Source: Octopus sinensis (taxonomy: Eukaryota). From it: a stretch of DNA of 64,000 nt. Positions 13,993 through 24,192 of the stretch are shown piece by piece; position 1 is the stretch's first letter; each line of letters starts with the position of its first letter. A program made the position numbers and the translations under genes. Below the pieces are notes generated by a model, which saw only the letters and a list, made by a program, of their open reading frames with translations, made no database searches and was not told the origin of the DNA. The stretch covers positions 100,254,001 through 100,318,000 of the forward strand of contig NC_042997.1 of NCBI RefSeq assembly GCF_006345805.1, in the 5' to 3' direction.

Positions 13993-14030
13993 CTATAAAT
14001 AGCAGTTCTTTGTCCCGGCCCACTGCAGTC
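13993..14030 (+). promoter_or_regulatory. MEF2-consensus/TATA element CTATAAATAG with downstream CAGTC
   Basis: gCTATAAATAGc matches both MEF2 YTA(W)4TAR and TATA. gcAgtc lies 33 nt downstream and a Kozak-like accATGg is at about 14064. Confidence 0.3.
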
Positions 14031-14419
14031 GAGCGACCACTACTGGACCCTGCTTCACACACCATGGCATGTTATTGCTCCATACATACACATACACATC
14101 ATAGTATATATTTGCATGAACAAACATAAATACAATCATCATTAAATTTCTTTAGAAAACTACAAACATTATTGTTACTTCTCGCCACCTAAATTTAAGC
14201 TAAGACTTTTTTTTTTCTTTTTACCATACAAGTTCTTACTTCCCTTCCATTTTTCGAAATAATGTGTCTCCCTTGACGTGTGTGCTTGTTCCTATGTTCT
14301 GTTTATTTTCATCTCAAAACAAAAATACACTCGCTTATCAATCACAAAAGATCAGTACCTATATTTTCTGCCACTCGTTTGTTTTCATTCTGGCCAGATA
14401 TGTAAAAAATCTAGCTTAC

Positions 14420-15111
14420 CTTTTAAAAATGTGGCATTTCAAGAATGCTGAAAAGGCGAGCCAAACCACAGGGGAAAAATAGCTGCTATAATCACAATGA
14501 GAAAACTGCGAGGATGGAGATGAAATAGTCTGCAGGAACTGGTGTTATAGCTATAGAACAACGAGGAGGATCGCTAATGTTGTTACTACTACTAATAGTA
14601 GTGTTAGTGCAAATCCTAACGACAGTGCTGGCCAACACACTAGTACATTCCTAGCAGTGGAAGCCCAGATCGCAGCAGCAGACGAGAAGCACTCAGTAAT
14701 AGCAGCAGCAGTATTACAGTGGATATAGTGACAGTGGGAGCACTACCAGTGAGATAGTAGCAAGAGAAGCACGTACGTTGCAGGTGGAGGACATCGGTTT
14801 TGGTAGGAGTAACAAAAGCACGGTGGAAGTAGGAGGAGGCAAAGATATACAGGAAGTAATAGGGGGAGCGTCTCCCTCCTTATTCATAGTCAAACTAGCA
14901 GTAGTAGTAGTAGTGGCTACGGCGGCAGTGGTGAACACAAGGTCAGCAGACCATATAAAGCCAAGGTCACAGAGCATGCTCAGTCGTTCGTTTTTAGCTG
15001 CCGGCAACCGACGGTACGTTCAACAACGATAATACTTTCGGATAAGACCAATACGATCGTAGAAATTGAGTGGCAACCAACATGAACGTACCGCACCCTC
15101 GCCGAGCGACT
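14420..15111 (-). ncRNA. Candidate non-coding first exon (alternative 5' leader or lncRNA)
   Basis: Inr-like gcTCAGTCgc (15108-15113) to a strong donor AAAAG|GTAAGC (GT at 14419-14418). GC-richer with trinucleotide runs. No ATG-initiated frame is open across the donor. Confidence 0.4.
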
Positions 15112-15159
15112 GAGCGTGTGTGTAAACACGTACGCTACTGAGGGACATTTTCAGTATGT

Positions 15160-15282
15160 GTGTATATGTATGCGCGTGTGTGTGTATGCATCTCTCTCTC
15201 TCTCTCTCTCTTGCACACATTATATATATATATATATATATATATAAGTGTGTGTGTGTGTGAGAGAGAGAGAGAAAGAGAG
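15160..15282. repeat. Compound (TG)(CT)(TA)(GA) microsatellite
   Basis: Directly visible. Confidence 0.9.
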
Positions 15283-15710
15283 TGACGCCATCTATCCCCG
15301 GGAATCATCGCTAAACAGTGGCTAGCTGCGGCGGTGGGGGTGGTGATCGCCCCCACAGTTATTTTAAGAACCACAATGGCACATTTAATATACAAAGCGT
15401 CAACAGTAAAATAAAGTAGACCAGCAGCAACCAGCGTGTATCTATTAAAAATAATCCAAGACTCATGTTTCGTGTACATAATCGTCGAATAAAATAAGAA
15501 AGAGATGGAAATGTTCAAAACTTTCTTCTGTTTAACTATTTAGATTTATGTTAAGAAATAAACTGAACTTATTCGAGAAACCAATTATTGTTATTCTGAA
15601 GATTAGTTGAGTATTACGAACACAATTACAACATCTGAAATATCACTTTCAAAAACTGTTTTGATGATTGATAAACCGAAAGCTAATAACACTTTTACCT
15701 TTTTCTATTT

Positions 15711-16068
15711 TTTTACTTGTTTCAATCATTGGACTGCGGCCGTGCTGGGGCACTGCCTTGATGCGTTTATATAAACAAATTGCCCCAATACTTGTTTTCT
15801 TTTAAAGTCCGAGACTTACACTATTTGTCTCTTTAGCTGAACCGCTAAGTAACAGGGACGTAAACAAACACCAGTTGCCAAGCGGTGGTGGGAAAGAGAC
15901 AGACACTCTCACACGACGGGCTTCTTTCAGTTTCCGTTCACCAAATCCATTCACGAGGTTTTGGCAGGTCCAAGGCAAAAGTACAAGACACTCGCGCAAG
16001 ATGCTACACAATGGTACCGAACCTGGAACTATGTGGTTGAGCACCAAAATTCTTACCAAACAGCCAAG
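15711..16068 (-). mobile_element. Octopus-type tRNA-derived SINE, CpG-retaining copy
   Basis: Full head and body homologous to copies at 22495, 23372, 27770 and 37213, but CpGs are intact (gcggccgtg, acgacgggc, ctcgcgc). Confidence 0.8.
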
Positions 16069-18368
16069 TTTTTAGTAATCACTATAATTAAGCATATTGG
16101 ATTTTTTCACCCTCGATCTTGCACAAATCTGATATATTGCTGAATTTTAAGGGGGAAATATTCACAAAAATAATAAATAAGCAAAACGAAGAAAATACAG
16201 GAAAACATTTTTCTGGGCCGATTCAAATATAATCATCATTTACAAACAAGTAAGGAAATTTAGATTTAATATTTCAAAATACCGCACCTGACATAAAAAG
16301 CAACATGTTCTTCCAGTTTGTCAAAGAGACAGTAGTTGCCACTAGTTTTATTATTTGCATGTCTGAAGTGAATAACTATCGAATGATCTTCAGTAAACTG
16401 AGAGGAATTATTTCCTATAAATGGTACAAATTCCCAGTTGTTCTCCTCTAAAACTAATTCCATTTGCATTTAGTGCCCTTGACAAACAATGTGTTGCACC
16501 TGTCTATACTATGTACAGACACCCCGCCCCTCTATTAAACTCCCAAACTTCACAGGTAATGCGCGAAAACATCTTAATACAGATGATACAAAACGTAAAC
16601 CTTGCAAATGTTCCGCTATAAATTTACTCAATCAAAACACACGTAAGTAATTAGGAATTTGAAGAAATATCACAGAACCCTGCACAAAGCAGGTAGGAAT
16701 AATTACTATTTCATTTTACCAAAAGTTAAGAGAGGTTAATAGGATGTAAACAAACGGGGAAATGAAGAAAAGTCAAGTAAAAAAAAGTTTACTAAGTTAT
16801 ATCCTTTGAAATATGATTCATGCAATTTAATTAATATATATATACACACACATACAAGTAGCTTCATTGAAGGATCATTTGTTTCACATAGATTTTCCAA
16901 TACACTTTTTAATATTTTAGCCACATTCAAAGGAGATACAGATATATTACTTGTAAACTAGAAAAATATCAATGTCATTTAGCTACACATTCTGACACTA
17001 TATCATGTACTATCACATATTATCCTCTCCTAAGTCTATTTCAAAGTAAATGAGTAAACTCATTTTTCTCTTTAAATTTTACTGAAGCTTATTTTAGCAT
17101 ATTTTTTTTTAATTCACAAATGCTTTTCATCATATGATGTAAAAACCCATTATGATAAAATACTAGTAATTTTGATTAACACTTGAACTACTTTTGAAAA
17201 GTTATTTAATTTAAAAACATGAACATTATGAGTTCATATTGCAATAATAAAAATAGGAAGGCTAAAAATATTCAGTGTAAATTAGATTTTTTTAATAGCT
17301 CTAATTTTAAGACAGTAAAGAATAACAAAATGTTTTTACACTTAAGAAATATTAACTATGAAAATTAGAAAGGAATCAAACCTAGATATATAAATTCTGG
17401 ATATAAAATTAACAGTTACTCATAGTTCAATTATTTTTACTGTAATTAAGCTAAATATAAATTATTACAGGGAAATACTTCATATATAAAAACACTTTTC
17501 ACAGGAAATTGTTTCAAGATGAATAAGCAGTGAATAACATATAGTTGGTATCTATTGAACTTTCCAACAACTTATAGTGAACAAAACAAACAATTGTCAT
17601 AAATCTTGAAAACTACCTACGTGCCTCCTCCACAAGTAGGAAGTAGTAGATATATAAATATTTATACATTCACAAGTAAGATCATGAATGTATATCCAGT
17701 TTAAGTGGATATCAAAATGCAATGTTTCAATGTTGTATATTGTCTCTTGTTAAACAATAGCAAATAACAGTGTATCAAGTACAGGATAGATTAAAAACAG
17801 TGCAGTTTATAACTAGGATCTCATATCACAGCTGTTGTATTTCTGCCGAGAAGGCTGCAGAAAGGAAAAAAACTTCACCTTTGTCAATTTGAATAGAAAA
17901 GGCATTTAACAATGGCATACATGCTATACAATAAGTTTGGATAAATCTCCTTACAACTGTTCAGGCTATATTTGAGGATTGTAAAATAAGCCAAAAATGA
18001 ACACAAAGTATTAATTACTTTTGTTGTTGATGAGTTTATCTAATTAAAAGAACCACTACAAAGATTTAAGTTACAGACTTCAACTAAGAATTGTCCATTT
18101 TAAACTCTTTCTGTAGCCATATTTATGCTCCATTTAATTTTTTAAACCAATAATTTAGAGAGGTTTCATTTAAATCACTTCATTAATTAACTGGTATTTG
18201 AAACAATTTGACAAAAAGTTCTTATATAAAATGATGGAAAGTTTAAAATTTATATATGAACAGATTAAAACGATTTTTTTTTTTGTATCACTGATACAGA
18301 AGTGGTCTCAAAGGAAGTTTGTTCAGCAAAGTCTGGTAGTAGTTACATGTACATTGAGTAGATTGACT

Positions 18369-18556
18369 AATGTATTTTCCAGCATAGAAATTGAATTTTG
18401 CAGACCAAAATCAACAGCCAAAACTGGTAGGTTAATTTATACACCAAGACGCCTTTAGAGGACCAAAAATTTCCTGTGAAATGCAGCAAGATTTGGAAAG
18501 ATGTGTGAATATTTACATTATATACTACACTGACTTATATGCCGGAAAATATGGTA
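18369..18556. mobile_element. Small pogo/Tigger-like MITE
   Basis: Degenerate inverted termini tgtattttccagcatag ... ttatatgccggaaaatatgg, flanked by TA. Confidence 0.5.
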
Positions 18557-19249
18557 CACAGCTCTCTTGTTAGATCAACTGCAATTGGAAAATGACCAAA
18601 TTCAATGCATAGAGAAGAAATGGTTGTAAACTTGGTTTTATGTATTCCTATGCAATGAAAATAGCCACAAGTGATACATAGAATGAATGAGAAGACAAAA
18701 CTAAGTAAACTGCAATCAAGAGACATTGTGAGTAACCTTGATGATGGCTTGCTTGCTCTAGCAGTTTAGTGAAGAAATAAAAGTGATCTGTTAGGCTAGC
18801 TAATAACACTAATAATAATTAATGACTAGAGCTGAGATCAAAGTAAGCAAGTGACTAAAGTAGCTTTGATAGCTACCACTTGTTGGTAAAAAGAAAAATG
18901 AATTTATGCTTGTCTGTTTTTCAATATTATGTGCTAAGATGTCAATGGTAATCTATCTTCTTGATATTCCTAATCCAGAACTGGAAAGTTCATTGCTAAA
19001 TAATGACTGGAGTCTATTTGTGTTTTCTTTTGTATTCTTATAAATCCACTGTCTTTTTCCTAATGATATGCGTAGGATGGTTTTGTAAATTTGGGCAGCT
19101 GCAAATTGTTATACCTATTTTCTATGTAGATGGATGTTCAACCTACTACAGCAAACCAACCAATGATAAAATAAGAATAAACCAGTCATTTAACCTTCAG
19201 AAGAGTTTGCAAAGACCATAACTGCAACACCTTCCAACAGACCAAACCA

Positions 19250-19692
19250 TTAACTCTTTTGACACCAATCTGCCTGAGACCACCTTTGGCTCTATGATAC
19301 AAGTTTCATGATTTAACCCTTTAGCATTTGAACTGGCCATGTCTGGCCCAAAAATCTTGTTTTATGTTTAAACTGGCCAAATCTGGCCTCTCATAGCTAC
19401 CCTACAATGTTGTTCTTAGAACTAAACAATCATATCATCAAAATCTTGAAGTTATGAGATAATGCATGATTAATTCAAAACAATGTGAATAAGTAAGCAT
19501 TACATTTGACAGTAATCTGAACATAAAAGGTTAAAGGATCTAAACCAAAACCATCCATCAACATTTTATATTATGTTTGAAATACCAACTTGATAATGGT
19601 AAAGTTATTTTACTAAATTCTTCATCATTTTCAAAATTAATTGAAACGAAAGTAATGTATTTCAAGAGAAATATGGTGACAAAAGGGTTTAA
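19250..19692 (-). mobile_element. Composite TTAA-type (piggyBac-like) MITE: family A nested in family B
   Basis: Outer TTAA at 19250 and ..aaaagggtttaa at about 19690; inner element bounded by TTAA at 19313-19316 and 19531-19534. Confidence 0.75.
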
Positions 19693-19769
19693 AAGGGTAA
19701 TGCTGTCACATGTTTCTAATTAAAGAAGATATTTTTAAATGTATGTTGCCCTAATACAGACACAGCAAC

Positions 19770-20350
19770 TGCTGTATAGTAAATTTGCTTCACAACCACA
19801 TAGTTTGGGGTTCAGTCCCACTATGCAATCCCTTGGGCAAATGTATTTTACTATAGCCCAAGGGTGACCATGATCAATGCTTTGTGAGTGAATATGGTAG
19901 ACGGAAACTGAGAGGAAGCTCTTTATATGTATGTACAGGTATGTCTTTTGTTTGTTTCCCCACCACTTGACAACTGGTGTTGGTTTATTTATGGCCTTGT
20001 AACTTAGTGGTTCAGTAAAAAGAGACAGGAAAAATAAGTACTGGAGTCAGTTTCACCAGCTAAACCCTTCAAGGTGTTGCCCCAGAATAGCTGCAGTTCA
20101 ATGAGTGAAACAACTAAAAGGGTAAAATAAAATATGAATATCTACTTTTGACACATAAAAGATACCTGTGCTGGCAACATGTAAAAGACAACCAGTACAC
20201 TCTGTAGAGTGGTTGGCATTGGGAAGAGCATCCAGCCATAGAAACCAAGCCAGAACAGACAACTGGAGCTTGGTGCAGCTTTCCAGCTTACCAACTACAA
20301 TCAAACCATCTAACCCATCCCAGCATGGACAACAAACGTTGATGATGAAA
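19770..20350 (+). mobile_element. SINE followed by RTE-type tail
   Basis: ggttcagtcccact head, gtagacggaaactga core, gcatccagccatagaaacc tail. Confidence 0.7.
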
Positions 20351-20809
20351 TTGGCCTTATTTCAATGTGTTTTGTGATTAGTTTAATTGTCTAAGTTATT
20401 ATCAGTTCCTAAGTGTTTAAAATCCAAACTCTTATTTCAAAACAACTGAATAACACTTAGCAATGATTCTTACAGATATTAAAATCTTTTTAACTGATTT
20501 CTTATAAACAGGGGGGGAAAAAAAGAAAAAATTTTTTGCATTCAAGTGCAGCATTTTTATTGTTAATTTTATCAAACCACAAATAAGAGTGAAACATATT
20601 TTTTTGCAAACTTAGCCAAAAGAAATGTGTGATCATTTGATCACAAATAAAATTTAATAACAATATGTAATTTAACAACAAAATATTTTGTTGCCACAAT
20701 ATAATATTTAAATAACCACCTAAAAATATTTCAGCAGTTTCAAAGGGTTTGGGTTTTAATAAAGATATAAAGGAATTGATAACTTAAAGACTATATTTTA
20801 TTTGTTCCA

Positions 20810-21420
20810 AGTGTTGAACAGAAGGTATGCTGGGACAACACCTTAAAGGGTTTAGTCAAACAAATCACCCCTAGGACAAATTTTTTATGTCTGGTACTTA
20901 TTCTCTTGGTCACTTCTGCCAAGCTGATAAGTTACAGGGGATATAAACAAACCAGCACCAGTACACACACACATATACAACACGTTTCCACAAAGCTTTT
21001 GTCTACCAAATTTACTCACAAGGCACTGATTGACATGGGACTATAACAGAAGACACATGCCCAAGGTACCATGCAGTGGGACAGAACCCAAAACAATGTT
21101 CACAAAATAATTGGATATTTGTTAATTCTGACAATGAATATTCAGTTGTTTAATCAACCAAATTGCTTATGAACTCATTATCATCAACATTTAATGTCTG
21201 TTTTCCATGCTAGCATGAGTTGGATGGCTTAATAGAAACTAGCAAGACCAGGAGCCACACCAGGTTCCATAGTCTGTTTTGGCTCAGTTTCTACAGCTGG
21301 AAGCCCTTCCTAATGCCAACCACTTTACAGGGTGTAATGAGTGCTTTTTACATAGCACAATCACAGTGCTTATGTGACACCAGCACCTGCACAAATGCTT
21401 TTTACATGGCACCTTGGTTT
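20810..21420 (-). mobile_element. SINE and RTE-tail copies
   Basis: Homologous to the same families. Confidence 0.65.
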
Positions 21421-23020
21421 TAGGATATCACCTGGGTTTTAGGGTATCTTAATATAATCGAAAGTTACCATTACAAAGTGTGTGGGTGACTAGGCCAAAC
21501 CTTTAAGTTAGATCTAATGGGCTTTCACAAGATTTCTGCCAACCTAATTTCATTCATAAGGCATGAGCTGACATGAAGCTAAAGTAAAAGACATTTTCCC
21601 AAGACAGCACACACTGAAATAATACTCAGAGACCCATGGATGGGTAAGAAACTTCTTAAACATTCAGCCTAACTCTATCTGATATTCACAAAGCATACTT
21701 AAATAAAATCAATTCCAATACAGATAGGTGTATTTATAGTAAAGGAAGATACGTCTGAGTTCACATAATCTACTACTTAGAGAGAATTAAATGATTACTT
21801 AAAGATATATGCAACTTAAAAGTATATATATATACATGCGTGTGTGAATGAATTAAAAGACAACAAACAGCTGGTATTTTCTAAACAATTAACAGAAAAA
21901 GTTTTTACAGAAGTTTAAAATATACAAATAACAAACATGGGTGATAACTCTAATACAACAAGAAAGTTAGGACCAAAATATATGTATTTTAAGTAATGTT
22001 CAATTAACATTTCAGATACTGTATTTACTTACAGTATTTGACAGCTTATAAGACACTTTTTTTTCTCCAATTGCTTTAACTATTATATGCTTTAATGCAC
22101 TAAAAATTTTCCTGAATATGTTCTGCTGAAATTGGGGTACATCTAATATGCTTATGTATCTTTTATGCCACTAAATACAGCATTTTAATATTCATGTTAG
22201 CCAATTAAAAAAAAAAATGATATACACTACTATAATTCTTTTCTTTTTTTTTTTTCGTCTGGATTTTTTACAATAATATATTATGCATGAAAATGTATTG
22301 ATGCATATTTACAACTGATGAAATAATATATGCTTTTGAAAAGATTAATAAGGTGAACTTAATGGTATGTAGGCTTTGAATAACCAATGTCACTATCACT
22401 AAGCAACTGTTGCAGTTGTTTTCCCTCTTAGCTCTCTTGCCAAGCAGGTACAACAGTGAGTTATATTTACATCTTTTTTTTTGTGCATGTTTACTGGACT
22501 GTGTCCATGCTGGTGTACCACCTTGAAGAATTTTAGTTGAATGAATCAACCCAATGCCTTTCTTTTTAAAGCTTGGTACTCAGTTCCTTCTGTCAAACTA
22601 CTACATTACAGGAACATAAACACACCAACACTGGTTGACAGGTGGTAGTGGGGGACAAACACACACACACACACACACGACATGCTTCTTTGAGTTTCCA
22701 TCTACCAAATCCATTCACAAAGTTTTGGCTGACCCCAGGCTGTAATGGAAGTCACTTACCCAAAGTGCCACACAGTGGGACTGAACCCAGAACAACGTGG
22801 TTAGAAAGCAAACTTCCTACTATATAACCACGCCTGTGCCTATAAATGACATTTTTTTTTTCATATCCTCAAGGTAGGCCAAATGAGGAAAAATATGACT
22901 GATGATCCTTTCTGAGAACTCTGGGACTGGTGGGAATTTATCCTTAAACCAGAAACTTAATCCCAAATGCATGCAATAGAATGGACCCTGCTAAAGGCAC
23001 CCAAAAGCTGGGTGGTGGTA

Positions 23021-23253
23021 TTAATACTTTAGCAATCAGATTATTCTGTCAAACACAATGCTCATTTATTCACATTATTTTGAAGTAATCATACATTATC
23101 TTGTAGCTTTGAGATTTTAATGATGTGATTGTTTATTTTTAATATAGCATTGTAGGGTAGGTGTGAGAGGCCAGATATGGCCAGTTTGAGCATAAAACAG
23201 GTAGAAAGAACATTTGGGCCGGATATGGCCAGGTTTAAACACTAAAGGGTTAA
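23021..23253 (+). mobile_element. MITE family A
   Basis: TTAA at both ends; ends ctaaagggTTAA. Confidence 0.75.
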
Positions 23254-23984
23254 AGTAGATCATAGGATTTGTTAATCAACCAAACCAATGACTAATCTCA
23301 CTTTCTGCTTCCTTTTTAAGTACAACAAAGTACACTGAAACTGTCAATGTAAATTATAATAAATATATTTATCTTTTACTTATTTCAATCATTGGACTGT
23401 GGCCATGCTGGGGCGCCACCTTGAAAGATTTAGTTGAATTGATTCCAGTACTTTTTTTTAAGCCTTATATTTATTCTATCAATCTCTTTTACAAAACTGC
23501 TGAGTAAAAGGGACACAAGTTGCCAAGCAGTGGAGGGGACGGACACACACACATACACATGAAACATTCTTCCTTCAAGTTTTGTCTACTAAGTCCATCC
23601 ACAAAGCTTTGGTCAGCCCAAGGCTACATTAAAAGAGAGTTGCTCAAAATGTCATGTAGTGGAATGAACCCAGAACTATGTGGTTGGGAAGCAAACATCT
23701 TACTCACGCAGTCATGCTTGACCTATGTTGGTAAATACATTTTAAAAGTAGAATACTGAATATTGAAATAATACAAACTATAATTTTTATGAGAAACTTT
23801 ACACACATTTAATTGAATTAATTAAAAACATCACTTGCCACATTTTAACAGGGCTAATCTGGATTGCTATTTACACAAGTTGTTAACCCATATTAACCTA
23901 CACAAGCTAACTTACATTTGCTAGCTGTCAAATTCAGAGATCTAAGATAAACTACTTGATAATCTGATGATATTTAAGAAATTC

Positions 23985-24192
23985 ATACCATTCCACTCTT
24001 GATTCTATGATACAAACTTCCTCTTTTAAAGTGATCTAAACAAAAATCTTCCATCAAAATTTCATGTTAATTTCTGCTTCAAACACCAGCTTAACATTGG
24101 CAAAGTTGTTTTACTGAGTTCTTTGTCATTTTTATAATTAACTGAAACAAACGCAGTGTATTTCAATAGAAATATAAAAACAAAAGAGTTAA
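23985..24192 (-). mobile_element. MITE family B (empty internal TTAA site)
   Basis: Homologous to the outer part of 19250-19692, with no insert at ..ttTTAAagtgatc. Confidence 0.65.

Larger units (their letters stand above)
10300..16650. promoter_or_regulatory. Intronic CpG-rich island, promoter/enhancer-like
   Basis: CpG visibly dense relative to the flanks. Contains (GA)n/(CA)n tracts (15160-15282), a YY1-like CGCCATCT (about 15286), a GC box CCCCGCCCC (16522-16530), Inr-like TCAGTC and splice donors. No young SINE between about 6.7 and 15.7 kb. Confidence 0.65.

Noticed and set aside
14005-14060. miR-92-like ttgtcccggcc and a tarsal-less/pri-like LDP codon run
   Set aside because: The miR-92 seed is absent; the LDP frame has no ATG and lacks TGxY.
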